A stretch of DNA of 64,000 nucleotides from Savagea sp. GTDB lineage: Bacteria > Bacillota > Bacilli > Bacillales_A > Planococcaceae. The notes below the pieces were generated by a model, which was not told the origin of the DNA, searched no databases, and saw only the letters and a list, made by a program, of their open reading frames with translations. The position numbers and the translations under genes are program-made. The stretch spans positions 27,637 through 91,636 of the forward strand of contig JASLJC010000057.1 of NCBI GenBank assembly GCA_030152585.1, read 5' to 3'. Shown here in pieces: positions 39,979-50,755 of the stretch (position 1 is the stretch's first letter; the number at the start of each line of letters is the position of its first letter).

Positions 39979-42447
39979 TTATCGAATTGTAACTGTAATT
40001 TTTTGAGATTGTGGCAACGTGTAGTCTTCAGACGTTCCTTTATTTTGAACTTGGAGACGTTCGATATAAATATCGACCGTACCTTTTGCTCCTTTTACAA
40101 TTTCTAAATCTTGTTCATCGTTTACTTTTACGATAGCACTATTCGTCGTCATTCCTTGTACGCTTTGAACCGTTTTACCGTAACTTACTTTCGTAATTTG
40201 ATTTAACAATTGAACGAGTGTTTTGTCTGATGTGCCACTTACTTCTGTCGATGTAAATTCAATTTCTGTCGAATCTACGACTTGCATGACGCGTTTCGGT
40301 AATGTTTGTCCGCTAATCTGCACTTCTACTTCGACTTTCGCTCCTGCTTGAACCGTTTCAGGTAACGTAATGACTCCATCTTTGTAAAGGTCTAGGCGTT
40401 CTTTTCCATCAATCGTTACTTTCACTTGTTTGATATTTTCTTTTTTAATCGTTAACCCATTAGCATCTTCAGACAATACGGTAATCGCTTTCGTACGGCC
40501 TTTGTCCAAGGCTAAGTCAAATGAATCTTCTAAACCGTAAATTTTGTATTGACTAAATGCACCGGGTGTTTCAATATTTACCGCGAGTGCTGTCGTTACT
40601 GCACCTGCTGTAAACGTCACTTTTTCTTTCGATGCCTTCGCTGCATTCGGTTTTACTTTTACCGTCGCACGTCCTTTTTCGTCTGTCGTAAGTGATGTTT
40701 GATCCACTTTAACATTTGTAGAAACACCGACTGTTACATTTTGGTCAGCTAACGGTTTTCCGTATTGGTCTTGTAAAAAGAGCTCTACTTCTTCACCTTC
40801 TGTATCTTTCGTAGATAAAACGACCGTTCCCGGTTGGACGAACAATTCGTTCGCTTTCGCTTGTTCTAATACGTTTAAATTAATCGTCTCTGTTGCTGTC
40901 ACTTCTTTTTTCGTAATCGTTTCTGTTTCTTTTTCTTTATTCGGATCTGTCGATTCTTTTTCGATCGTTTCTTTCGTTTCTTTCACAGCTTTAACGATAA
41001 TGTCGACTTTTCCTGCATTTTTCGTCGTAATTTTGCCCGTATGAGCATCTACGACCGCAACTTCTGGGTTCGACGTTTCAAATTCATATTTCGCTCCTTT
41101 TACAGCTTGGTTAGAAGCATTACGTCCATCGATATGAAGATAGCTCGTCTGTCCTTTTGTCACCGTATTGTTCATTTTGAAATTCGCATCTGCAAAATTC
41201 GGTGCTGTCGCTGTCGTCGTCACTGTCCATTTCGGCATCGCCGTTACAATATTAGCATCGTATGAATTGACGACGAACCATTCACTATAAATCGTGTTTT
41301 TGCTCGTCGTATAGCTAAGACGAAGCTCTACTTCAGAGTTTGGATCCATTTTCACTTGGCCATCTTTAAGTGATACTTTGTCTCCTTTATACTCCATATG
41401 CGACTGAATACCACTTGCATAAGATGCAGTGACGTCTGTTCCTTTTTCATCGAGCAATGTATAGTCAATATTTTGCCATGTGTTCGCGACTACTGTCTGC
41501 TTCGGTGCAACGATTTTCGCTACTTTCAATGTTCCTGTTTTCACTTCACCGATATACGTCGTTTTGTCTCGTTTTAATGTCACTTTATACGCTTGTTGTG
41601 ACTCTAATTTGTTCGCAAGTTGTAACGTATACGTCGTATTCGTTTCATTCGGCTTCACTTGATCAATAGAAACCGCTTCTCCTGTACGTGCGTTCGTCAC
41701 GATGAAGTCTGACGGTTTTAACGCGACTTCCGGATGACGTAAAGCGACTTCTATTTCATTTTCTTTCGTCACTTTTTGAGAAGTAAAGGTCGTTTCGCCT
41801 TCAGGTGCTTGTCCTAAAATATCAAACGAACGTTTAATGAAAATCGCAAATTCACCACGTGTAATTTCTTTTGTCGGTTCAAATAACGTTTCTGTTTTAC
41901 CTTGTGTAATTTTATTTTCATAAAGCGGAACGATCCATTTCGCCCACGATTTTGAAACGTCTTCGAACGGATTTTCGCCGCCTTTACCTTCTAATTTGAA
42001 CGCGCCGACGAGCATTTTGGCCATTTCTTGACGTGTAATCGGTGCATCGGGCTCAAATTTCCCTTCGCCTTTTCCACTTGCAATGCCGAGACGTGCAATC
42101 GTGTTCACTTCGTCTTTTACACGACTATTTAAATCTGTAAATCCTTGATCGGGTGCACCTTTTACGTTTAAATCGAGCGCACGAACGATAAAGACCGCTG
42201 CGTCTCCTCGTTTAATCGACTGTGTCGTTCCGAAAGTCGTCTCTGTCATTCCTTCTGTAATTTTACGGTCTAATAAAAACTTCACCGGTTCTGTATAGTG
42301 CCCACTAACGTCTTTAAATGGCATTTCGATTTGGTCTGTCTTCTCTGCTGGTGCTGCCGTCACCGCTGCAGGTACGAATGCCGATGCTAAAAATGCTGCT
42401 GAAACTGCTCCTGCAGTAATTTTCGTTCGTTTGTTTGTCATGTCCAT
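39979..42447 (-). CDS. S-layer-like protein (N-terminal SLH x3, Ig-like repeats)
   Basis: Signal peptide, IKRGDAA / ITRQEMA / ITRGEFA SLH repeats; Thr/Val/Lys-rich beta domains incl. TSNPEVAVVD Big_2-like motif. Confidence 0.85.
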   Translation of the reverse strand: MDMTNKRTKITAGAVSAAFLASAFVPAAVTAAPAEKTDQIEMPFKDVSGHYTEPVKFLLDRKITEGMTETTFGTTQSIKRGDAAVFIVRALDLNVKGAPDQGFTDLNSRVKDEVNTIARLGIASGKGEGKFEPDAPITRQEMAKMLVGAFKLEGKGGENPFEDVSKSWAKWIVPLYENKITQGKTETLFEPTKEITRGEFAIFIKRSFDILGQAPEGETTFTSQKVTKENEIEVALRHPEVALKPSDFIVTNARTGEAVSIDQVKPNETNTTYTLQLANKLESQQAYKVTLKRDKTTYIGEVKTGTLKVAKIVAPKQTVVANTWQNIDYTLLDEKGTDVTASYASGIQSHMEYKGDKVSLKDGQVKMDPNSEVELRLSYTTSKNTIYSEWFVVNSYDANIVTAMPKWTVTTTATAPNFADANFKMNNTVTKGQTSYLHIDGRNASNQAVKGAKYEFETSNPEVAVVDAHTGKITTKNAGKVDIIVKAVKETKETIEKESTDPNKEKETETITKKEVTATETINLNVLEQAKANELFVQPGTVVLSTKDTEGEEVELFLQDQYGKPLADQNVTVGVSTNVKVDQTSLTTDEKGRATVKVKPNAAKASKEKVTFTAGAVTTALAVNIETPGAFSQYKIYGLEDSFDLALDKGRTKAITVLSEDANGLTIKKENIKQVKVTIDGKERLDLYKDGVITLPETVQAGAKVEVEVQISGQTLPKRVMQVVDSTEIEFTSTEVSGTSDKTLVQLLNQITKVSYGKTVQSVQGMTTNSAIVKVNDEQDLEIVKGAKGTVDIYIERLQVQNKGTSEDYTLPQSQKITVTIR

Positions 42448-42523
42448 CTCCCTTTCATCTTCAAATGAGTAAACATTTCATTTCGTCTACCCTCTACAAG
42501 TAGTATAAAACATTTCTTGAACA

Positions 42524-43492
42524 TTAGTAAGTCATATAAAGTGTAGGTAATAATTTTTTCGGAACTTTTAAAGCGAGAGCTACTTGTAATAAAATACGTG
42601 CATGTTGAGGTGATAAATCATCCCCTGCTATAAACGACGTATCCGCATATCGCTCAATCGGAACGACACGACCGTTTCCTGTTCGGCTCGATAAAACGAC
42701 TGGACAAGTCGCTCGTTCAAGGGCAACTCGTTCAAGAGTCGTCATATGACCTGCTCCTGTGCCGGCAACGATGATACCTTTCGTTTCACTTGCGATGAGC
42801 GCATCGATCATGACGTGATCACTTCCTGCGTAAGAATAAATAATGTCAACACGCGGAAGCATTGTCAGTGGCTCGTTTGCCAATTGACTTTCTATCGTAT
42901 GACGTCGTTCTGTTTTCCGCACCCAATGTACACCGTCCGGGTCGATATATCCGAGTGGACCGCTATTACGTGAAACGAACGTCTGCAATCGGTACGTATC
43001 GCTTTTCGTTACGTCGCGTGCACTATGAATTTCATCATTCGACACGACGAGCACCCCTCGATGAGCACTTGAAGCATCTGCAGCTACTTGAATCGCTCGG
43101 TACAAATTCATCGGACCGTCTGAACTCATCGCTGAATACGGACGTTGCGCTCCTGTTAAAACGACCGGAATAGAAAAGGGGAACGTCAAATGTAAAAAGT
43201 ATGCCGTCTCTTCTAACGTACTCGTTCCGTGCGAAATGACGATTCCGTCGACTTCTTTTGCATAAGTTAAGAGACGTTGGCGTAACGTAATCCAATCGTT
43301 CGGCGTCATTTTCGTACTGCTGATGTTCATCGATTGATCGACGGTTAACGCTACATTTTCTTTTAATTCAGGGTAATCCGAAAGCCAATCCACTGCTTCG
43401 TACGTCCCTGAAACGTAATCACTCACGTTCGTTCGGTCATCATGGTGCGCAGAAATCGTTCCTCCTGTCGCAATAAGTACAATTTTTTTCAT
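42524..43492 (-). CDS. asparaginase/glutaminase family protein
   Basis: IATGGTIS, SHGTSTLEETAY, VLTGAQR, SDGPMNL, ARDVTK motifs. Confidence 0.9.
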   Translation of the reverse strand: MKKIVLIATGGTISAHHDDRTNVSDYVSGTYEAVDWLSDYPELKENVALTVDQSMNISSTKMTPNDWITLRQRLLTYAKEVDGIVISHGTSTLEETAYFLHLTFPFSIPVVLTGAQRPYSAMSSDGPMNLYRAIQVAADASSAHRGVLVVSNDEIHSARDVTKSDTYRLQTFVSRNSGPLGYIDPDGVHWVRKTERRHTIESQLANEPLTMLPRVDIIYSYAGSDHVMIDALIASETKGIIVAGTGAGHMTTLERVALERATCPVVLSSRTGNGRVVPIERYADTSFIAGDDLSPQHARILLQVALALKVPKKLLPTLYMTY

Positions 43493-43633
43493 CTTCTCTC
43501 CTCCTTGCTGTTATCGTATCACGTCTTTTCGTCATCTGCTTTTTCGAACGGACCGACGACAAAAAAGACACCTCAACGGCATGAACCGTGTGAAGTGTCT
43601 TGTTGTAAAGATTTACGATAACTTGTACGTTTC

Positions 43634-44479
43634 TTATCGATCAACCGGTACGACAGAGCCGCCCCATTCTTCTAAAATAAAGTCTTGGATTTCTTTACTA
43701 TGTAAAGCATCCATTAATTTTTGAATACGTTCGTCGTCTTTATCTTCTGCGCGTACCGCAACGATATTGACATATGGTGACTCTTCATCTTCTAATACGA
43801 TCGCTTCTTCCATCGGATTAATATCGTGATCGATCGCGAAATTTGAGTTAATTAAAATAGCATCCGCTTCGTCATTTTCGTACATTTGAACGAGCATTTC
43901 AGGGGATACACTTGCGTCAAATTTAAAATCGCGTGGATTTTCAACGATGTCGTCTAACTCTGCTGCTGTTTTATCGACACCTTCTTTTAATTGAATTAAC
44001 CCTTGTGCTTCTAGTAACGCGAGCATACGACCGTGATCTGCAACAGAACTACTGATCATAATCGTCGCACCTTCTGGTAATTCCTCTAACGTTTTATGGC
44101 GTTTTGAATAAATACCGATCGGTTCAATATGAACACCGCCAGCGTTGACAAAATCGTACCCGTATTCTTCTAACTGTAAATCAAAAAACGGAATATGTTG
44201 GAAGAAGTTCGCATCTGTCTCCCCTGCATCTAAATCACGGTTTGGCAATGCAAAGTCCGTATATTTTTCGATTTTTAAATCAATGCCTTCTTTTGCTAAA
44301 ATAGGTTGGATACGCTCTAAAATGGGTGCGTGTGGATTATTAGACGCCCCTACGACTAATACTTCGTTCCCTTTTTCACTTGCTTCTTTTGCATCTCCAT
44401 CTTTCTTGTCATCTCCGCTACAAGCTGCGAGTACAATCGTTAGTACTGCCGCTGTGAGCAACAATAAAAATCGTTTCAT
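43634..44479 (-). CDS. metQ: methionine ABC transporter substrate-binding lipoprotein
   Basis: LAAC lipobox, DANFFQHIP, VHIEPIG, SPYVN. Confidence 0.92.
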   Translation of the reverse strand: MKRFLLLLTAAVLTIVLAACSGDDKKDGDAKEASEKGNEVLVVGASNNPHAPILERIQPILAKEGIDLKIEKYTDFALPNRDLDAGETDANFFQHIPFFDLQLEEYGYDFVNAGGVHIEPIGIYSKRHKTLEELPEGATIMISSSVADHGRMLALLEAQGLIQLKEGVDKTAAELDDIVENPRDFKFDASVSPEMLVQMYENDEADAILINSNFAIDHDINPMEEAIVLEDEESPYVNIVAVRAEDKDDERIQKLMDALHSKEIQDFILEEWGGSVVPVDR

Positions 44480-44530
44480 TCTCTCCACTCCTTAAAATAT
44501 ATCATTTATAATAATCGTCCGAAGACGCTA

Positions 44531-45199
44531 TTATCGTTTATCTACTTTCGCTGTGACGTAATCGCCCATCCATTGAATGAAAAAGACGAGTAAGACGATA
44601 ATAATCGTTGCCACCCAAACGACGTCCATTCGATTTCGTTGGAATCCGTCTAAAAAGGCGAGGTGACCGAGTCCACCAGCTCCGATAATCCCTGCCATCG
44701 CTGTATACCCGACGAGTAAAACGGCCGTCACGGTAATACCTGAAATGAGTGCAGGTAATGACTCGGGAATTAATACTTTGCGAATAATTGTAAACGTTGA
44801 AGCCCCCATACTACGCGCTGCTTCAATGACGCCACTGTCGATTTCACGTAATGCAATGACGACGAGACGTGCATAAAACGGAGACGACCCGATAATTAAC
44901 GCAGGTAATGCTGCGTTAGCTCCACGGATCGAACCGAATAGCAAAATCGTAAACGGTATGAGTAAAACGATTAAAATAATAAACGGAATCGAACGGAAAA
45001 TGTTCACAAGCGATCCGGTTAAAAAGTAAACGATCCGGTTTGACCATAAGTTGTGCGGACTCGTTAAAAATAATAAAAGTCCGAGTAATGTTCCAAATAT
45101 AAACGTCGCAATCGTAGCGATGAACGTCATATATAACGTCTCATACGTCGCTTGCAACATCACTTCCCAATCGACGTTCGGTAAAAGTTGTTCGATCAT
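44531..45199 (-). CDS. metI: methionine ABC transporter permease
   Basis: NIFRSIPFIIL, EAARSMGA, GAGGLG. Confidence 0.92.
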   Translation of the reverse strand: MIEQLLPNVDWEVMLQATYETLYMTFIATIATFIFGTLLGLLLFLTSPHNLWSNRIVYFLTGSLVNIFRSIPFIILIVLLIPFTILLFGSIRGANAALPALIIGSSPFYARLVVIALREIDSGVIEAARSMGASTFTIIRKVLIPESLPALISGITVTAVLLVGYTAMAGIIGAGGLGHLAFLDGFQRNRMDVVWVATIIIVLLVFFIQWMGDYVTAKVDKR

Positions 45200-46212
45200 C
45201 CGTTCATCACCTCCGTTTCAATATCCATCTCTTTTAAGTGGCGCAATGCCTCGTCCATTTCTCGTCCATTGAAATGGACAACGAGTGTGCCGTACGGACC
45301 GCCCATCGTTTGAGTAATCGTACCGTGGACGACACTGGCGGTAATGTCATATTGTTTCGCTAATTTTGAAATGACCGCTTCTTCTGTCCGTTTACCGATG
45401 AAGACGAGTTTGACAAGACGTCCTTCTGGATAACGTGTACGTAATGTTTCAAACGCTTCGTCGATATTTTCCGTCCCCGTTAATTGAGAGACGAAACGTT
45501 TCGTAATCGGTTGTTGCGGTCGTTGGAAAACGTCGAGAACGTCTCCTTGCTCGACGACTTCTCCTGCTTCCATAACAGCGACACGATGACAAATTTTTTG
45601 GATGACGTGCATTTCGTGTGTAATGAGCACAATCGTAATGCCGAGTCGTTCGTTAATATCGACGAGCAAATCTAAAATCGAATCCGTCGTCTCTGGATCT
45701 AACGCGCTCGTCGCTTCATCTCCGAGCAACACTTCCGGTTCATTCGCCAAAGCACGCGCAATGCCGACACGTTGCTTTTGTCCACCCGATAACTCCGATG
45801 GATACGCACGTTCTCGTCCATTCAAACCGACGAGATCAATCAGTTGTTGAACACGTGCTGTCCGTTCTTCTTTCGGTACACCTGCAATTTCTAACGGAAA
45901 CGCGATATTGTCAAATACCGTACGTGACCAAAGTAAATTAAAATGTTGAAAAATCATACTAATTTTTTGGCGCGCTGTACGTAATTGCTTTTCGCTCATA
46001 TTCGAAATGACACGCCCTCCGACACGAACTTCTCCTTCTGTCGGTCGTTCTAAACCGTTCAACATCCGGATAAGTGTACTTTTACCTGCGCCACTATAAC
46101 CGATAATGCCGAATATTTCGCCTTGCTTGATCGTCATATTAACATCTCGCACGGCCACGAGTGGACCGTTTTTCGTGTCGTACGTTTTATGAATATTGTT
46201 CAGTTGTATCAC
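45196..46212 (-). CDS. metN: methionine ABC transporter ATP-binding protein
   Basis: GYSGAGKST, MIFQHFNLL, LSGGQKQRV, DEATSALDP, C-terminal NIL-like domain. Confidence 0.94.
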   Translation of the reverse strand: MIQLNNIHKTYDTKNGPLVAVRDVNMTIKQGEIFGIIGYSGAGKSTLIRMLNGLERPTEGEVRVGGRVISNMSEKQLRTARQKISMIFQHFNLLWSRTVFDNIAFPLEIAGVPKEERTARVQQLIDLVGLNGRERAYPSELSGGQKQRVGIARALANEPEVLLGDEATSALDPETTDSILDLLVDINERLGITIVLITHEMHVIQKICHRVAVMEAGEVVEQGDVLDVFQRPQQPITKRFVSQLTGTENIDEAFETLRTRYPEGRLVKLVFIGKRTEEAVISKLAKQYDITASVVHGTITQTMGGPYGTLVVHFNGREMDEALRHLKEMDIETEVMNG

Positions 46213-46233
46213 GGTATCCCTCTTCTCTCCATT

Positions 46234-46270
46234 GAAAAAGCCCTTCTACTCAAATGAAAGTAGAAGGGCG
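46234..46270 (-). terminator. riboswitch expression-platform terminator
   Basis: GCCCTTCTACT / AGTAGAAGGGC stem followed by T-run on minus strand between aptamer and metN. Confidence 0.85.
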
Positions 46271-46296
46271 GTTAATGTTCAAATTATCCGTTCTCC

Positions 46297-46401
46297 CTCT
46301 CATCTTTCAAAGACGTATCTTTGTGTGATGTAGCACCTTTCTACAATTGTAGTGGTTGCCGGGCTTCATTGGGCACTTCCCTCCGCCGCTCGTCATAAGA
46401 G
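46297..46401 (-). ncRNA. SAM-I (S-box) riboswitch
   Basis: Minus strand CTCTTAT..GAG..GGAGGGAAGTGCCC.ATGAAGCCCGGCAACC...GGTGC..ATCACAC...GAAAGATGAGAG upstream of metN; promoter TTGACG-17-TACACT upstream. Confidence 0.95.
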
Positions 46402-46575
46402 TTCGATATGTAAAAAATAGTGTATCATTGTACTTTTCATTCGTCAACTTTTTTCATTTTTGTACTTTTCGTGAAGTCTTATAACGATAGTAGTTGAATT
46501 CTCATACAAAAAGCAACTATAATGAAGTGTATGAATATCTCGTACATTTACGTACGTTAATCGTGAGGTGATAGT

Positions 46576-46761
46576 ATGAAAGGGAAATGGTCACAAGTTT
46601 TGTGGATCATCGGACTCGTCATCGTCGTCGCTTTAATCGGACATAGTTTCGCAACGGAAATTCCATTCGCTGCGAAATTAGCCATCACAGTCATTACCAT
46701 TGCTGCGGCTGCTTGGATCGATCACGGGATTTATCGCTGGAGAAATGCCAACGAAGCATAA
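46576..46761 (+). CDS. small two-TM membrane protein
   Basis: GAGGTG RBS, two hydrophobic helices, bidirectional terminator at about 46780-46820. Confidence 0.7.
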   Translation: MKGKWSQVLWIIGLVIVVALIGHSFATEIPFAAKLAITVITIAAAAWIDHGIYRWRNANEA

Positions 46762-46831
46762 TCCGAAGTCAAACGACAATAAAAAGTATGTGGGCGTTAA
46801 ACGCACCACATACTTTTTTAATTCGTCCTCT

Positions 46832-48265
46832 TTATTTCATAAAGTTTTGTGTGTAATAGACCTCTCCGCTATCCGCTTGGTGAACACCGAGTCCGACATA
46901 TTGCCAATTCGGATCTAATAAGTTCACACGGTGCCCTGCTGAGTTAAGCCAACCAAAATGTGCTGAAAACTCTTCATGATAACGCATCGCAATATTTTCT
47001 CCAACACTCGACCACGGAACGCCACCTTGCGTCATCCGATCGCCGAGCGAACGTCCATCTTTACTCGTATGACTGAAATAACGTTGGGCAGCCATATCGC
47101 GTGTATGGCGACGAGCGACAGCTGCTACACGTTCATCGTAACGAACAGGTTGTAAATTACGAGCCATCCGTTCTGCATTCGTCAACTCAGCTAAAATATA
47201 TTCTGAATCCGAGCTCACCGTCGCATACCCTTGCTTATAAATACTTTTCTCATCGATCAACACACCGACGAGACGGTCATTACTATATTTATCAAAATAA
47301 TACGTAACCGTTACACCACGGTCATCAAAGCGAATTTTATTCGAAAAATCGACGTATGTTTTAATTTCTTTATCTAATTTATCGATAACACTCGTCTTAC
47401 TATCGCCAATTTTAATACCAAAGCGTGATTCGTAATTCGCACTACGTGTAAACAATGCTGTCACTTTTCCTTGATTGAAATTGACCATATGGAAGTTTCG
47501 ATATTGTTTATGATAAATATGCCACTTTCCACCGTAACCACTCGTATACGCTTTTTGTTCTTTTCCGAGTAGACGTTTTGCGACTTCTTCTTTATCCCCT
47601 AATTCAATACCGTTTACACCGTGACTCTCAACAACCGGTTTCGGTGCTGGTTTTGACGGTTGCTCATTTGAACCGTTCACATCTTCTGGAGCTACAGGCT
47701 TCGCTTCATCACCTTTATATAACGACTTCGCATCGTATCGGTGATAAAACGCTGTCGCTTGATAACGCGTTAACTGATCTGTTTTGCCAAAATCAGTATA
47801 ACGATTCGGATGACGACCGTTCCCACGCGTCATACCTGATTCATACATCCAATCGATAATATCGTTTTCTTTAATATTCCTCGCATTGACGTTCGGATGG
47901 GAAAGTTGGTAAAACACACGCGCGACTTCCATACGCGGAATCGGTTGACTACGTGCAGTCGTCTTACGATATCCAACTAACGAAACACCTTGACGTTGTA
48001 AAACATCATACGCTCCGTTCGGACTGCTCGCCGGCTTTCCGATATATCGACTCGTCATCATCGCAAACTGCGACTCTAAGACCGGATCATACGGACGGAA
48101 TGTACCGTCTTTAAACCCTTGAATCACACCACGCTCGACCGCCCAATTAATATCAATTGAGTTTTTATTTTGCGGGTGAATATCTTTAAATGCCGAAGCA
48201 TAAACAGTCGATACGACAAAAAGACTCATTATGACTACTATACTAACGCGTGCCCAAAATTTCAT
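46832..48265 (-). CDS. SLH-domain protein with CAP-associated and CAP (SCP) domains
   Basis: Signal peptide, SLH motif GFKDGTFRP, CAP motifs ARRHTRDM..YFSH, GENIA, WLNSAGHRVNLL, YYTQNF; ATG 48265 after AGGAG. Confidence 0.88.
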   Translation of the reverse strand: MKFWARVSIVVIMSLFVVSTVYASAFKDIHPQNKNSIDINWAVERGVIQGFKDGTFRPYDPVLESQFAMMTSRYIGKPASSPNGAYDVLQRQGVSLVGYRKTTARSQPIPRMEVARVFYQLSHPNVNARNIKENDIIDWMYESGMTRGNGRHPNRYTDFGKTDQLTRYQATAFYHRYDAKSLYKGDEAKPVAPEDVNGSNEQPSKPAPKPVVESHGVNGIELGDKEEVAKRLLGKEQKAYTSGYGGKWHIYHKQYRNFHMVNFNQGKVTALFTRSANYESRFGIKIGDSKTSVIDKLDKEIKTYVDFSNKIRFDDRGVTVTYYFDKYSNDRLVGVLIDEKSIYKQGYATVSSDSEYILAELTNAERMARNLQPVRYDERVAAVARRHTRDMAAQRYFSHTSKDGRSLGDRMTQGGVPWSSVGENIAMRYHEEFSAHFGWLNSAGHRVNLLDPNWQYVGLGVHQADSGEVYYTQNFMK

Positions 48266-49009
48266 CTTCACTCTTCTCCTTCTGTACGAGTATTCTTCTA
48301 CTCTTAATGTACCATGTTTCACACGATTTTCGTATAGAAATTTATGAACATTAGCAGAACCTTCTTTTTCAACGTTTTTATTTTTCTAGGAAATTGTTCA
48401 GAAAATGTTTTAAGGAATGAAAAAACGAAATATTTTTATTATTTTACGATAAGTATCACGTTTTCGAGATAGTTTTTTATCGTATTGTCTAAAAAATCTT
48501 ATAAAAAAACTTTTTTAATATCACATTAAATTTAGTCACATCGTCCTTATTCTTCACAAAGTTTTCATAATTAAAACGTAAAAACTTCATCTGAAAAAGT
48601 AAAATTAACGATTTTAAAAAGACATTATAAATCTTTTGGCGTATGCAAAAAGTCTGCACTTTCCGTCATTTTTTCTCGTCACCTCATTTGATCTTTTACC
48701 GATATAATACCCTTTCTTTTTTCCTTTTATGCATACTCTTTCTTTTATACCCTACTTTTTCACTAGATAACCTAATGATTAGGAAGAGATGAGTAATACG
48801 AAAAAGTAAAAGAAGAAAAAAGAACTAATAGATGAATCGTTCCCTTTCTACTTTTAAACGATGTGAAAAGTGTTACATATTTTGTTTGCTTACCAATTTT
48901 AATAACATATGCAATGAGCACTTACGTTTTCTTTTTTTGGGACGCTTCATTTAATACCGAACAAAAAAACACGAGTTTTCGGAAAATACCCGAAAACCCG
49001 TGTACTTTT

Positions 49010-49906
49010 TTATTGTTCTTTTAAATCTTCAATAGACTCTAACGGAACGTATTCCGGTACGACGAGTCCGATACGAACACCTGTCATATTCGTGCCGAGT
49101 TCTTCGAATTGACCTTCAAATTTCGTCGCATATGTGTCATGTGTTACCGGTAACCAGGCAGCGAGTGTCGCATCTGCACTACCGTCTGCAATTGCTGTCC
49201 ACATTGGACCTGCTTCTACTTGTGTTAATGTCACGTTGTATCCCATATTTTCTAAAACGAGTTTCATTACGTTATGGCTCGCAATTTCACTATCCCATGC
49301 GACATACGCTAAATTAATTTTATCACCGTCTACTTTTTCAACACCATCTGTCCACTCAGCAACTTTCGCTTCGTTTTCATCGATCCACGCTTGCGCTGCA
49401 TCTTCTTCATTCGCACCGTCTTCAATCGCGCTCATCACTTCTCCCATATCGCTTTCTTCCCAATTAAAGTTTGAAAGAATAGTATGTGCTTCTGGTAAAT
49501 CTTCTTTTAAGCCGAGACGTGAAATTGTACGAATTTCTTCTTCGCCACCGTATGACGCTTTCGGGTCATCCAAATATTTTAAATCGTATTTTGAAAACTT
49601 CCAGTGTGGCGTCCATCCTGTAATAATGATTGGTTCTTCTTTATCGTACGCTTTCTTAAGTGCTGCGGTCATCGCCGCTCCTGAACCTGTCGTTACTTCC
49701 CATTTGTCTAACTCATAATCGACGAGTGCGCGCTCTGTCGCTTCCATAATTCCTGCGCCTGGGTCAATTCCTGTAATTTTGTAATCGACGGCTTCTCCAA
49801 CCGTTTCATCTTCTTTCTCTTTACTATCGTCTCCACTACATGCTGCAAGTCCAAGTGCGAGTACAGCTGCTGCACTAACGCCTGCTAATTTTTTCATTAA
49901 ACTCAT
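49010..49906 (-). CDS. opuAC: glycine betaine ABC transporter substrate-binding lipoprotein
   Basis: LAAC lipobox, ITGIDPGAGIM, GWTPHW, AYVAWDSE, AWLP. Confidence 0.92.
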   Translation of the reverse strand: MSLMKKLAGVSAAAVLALGLAACSGDDSKEKEDETVGEAVDYKITGIDPGAGIMEATERALVDYELDKWEVTTGSGAAMTAALKKAYDKEEPIIITGWTPHWKFSKYDLKYLDDPKASYGGEEEIRTISRLGLKEDLPEAHTILSNFNWEESDMGEVMSAIEDGANEEDAAQAWIDENEAKVAEWTDGVEKVDGDKINLAYVAWDSEIASHNVMKLVLENMGYNVTLTQVEAGPMWTAIADGSADATLAAWLPVTHDTYATKFEGQFEELGTNMTGVRIGLVVPEYVPLESIEDLKEQ

Positions 49907-50754
49907 TGTTCCATTCCTCCTTGTTTTTTACGGCCCGCGTGTTGTGTAATTCGGTCTAAAATAATCGCTACAATAACAATCGCGACACCGACTTCCACGC
50001 CGACTCCTGTTTTCAATTGTGTCACGGCACGGTATACTTTTTCACCGAGTCCGGGTGCTCCGACCATCGAGGCAATGACGACCATCGACAGTGCTAACAT
50101 AATACTTTGGTTAATGCCGGCCATAATCGTTGGTTGCGCAAGTGGTAATTGCACTTTCCATAAACGTTGACCTGTCGTTGAACCGAACGCTTCTGTCGCT
50201 TCAATTAAATCTTTCGGCACTTGATCAATACCGAGCATCGTCAACCGAATCGTCGGAGGCATTGCGAAAATAACGGACGCGACAACGCCCGGTACGACTC
50301 CGATATTAAAGAAGAATATCGCTGGAATTAAATAAACGAATGCCGGCATCGTCTGCATTAAATCGAGCGTCGGATTTAAAATCTTTCGCACGACGCGACT
50401 TTGTGAACCCCAAATGCCGAGCGGTATCCCAAATAACACTGCAAAAAAGACAGACGTTAAGACGAGCGCTAACATTTGTAACATCGGGTACCATAAACCT
50501 AAGTAGTCGATAAACAAAAACCCGATCAACGTCCAAAAGGCAATTTTTCGCGTCGAAACCGCCCATGCAAGTCCTGCGAATATAAACGCCATTAAAATAG
50601 AAGGAACGACAGCCATCCATTCAACAGAAGAGGTGACGATCCATTCTAAACCCGTTGCAATGCCATCAAAAAATCCTGAAAACTCGCGAACGAGCCAATC
50701 GACACCATTGTCGATCCATTCTGCAAACGGTAAACGTGGTAACAAGTTATTCAT
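49903..50754 (-). CDS. opuAB: glycine betaine ABC transporter permease
   Basis: LDLMQTMPAFVYLIP, PPTIRLT, KVQLPLA, ALSMVVIASMVGAPGLG. Confidence 0.92.
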   Translation of the reverse strand: MNNLLPRLPFAEWIDNGVDWLVREFSGFFDGIATGLEWIVTSSVEWMAVVPSILMAFIFAGLAWAVSTRKIAFWTLIGFLFIDYLGLWYPMLQMLALVLTSVFFAVLFGIPLGIWGSQSRVVRKILNPTLDLMQTMPAFVYLIPAIFFFNIGVVPGVVASVIFAMPPTIRLTMLGIDQVPKDLIEATEAFGSTTGQRLWKVQLPLAQPTIMAGINQSIMLALSMVVIASMVGAPGLGEKVYRAVTQLKTGVGVEVGVAIVIVAIILDRITQHAGRKKQGGMEQ

Positions 50755-50755
50755 C

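Noticed and set aside
49010..49906. Apparently swapped domain order in OpuAC
   Set aside because: This arrangement is already known for Bacillus-type OpuAC.
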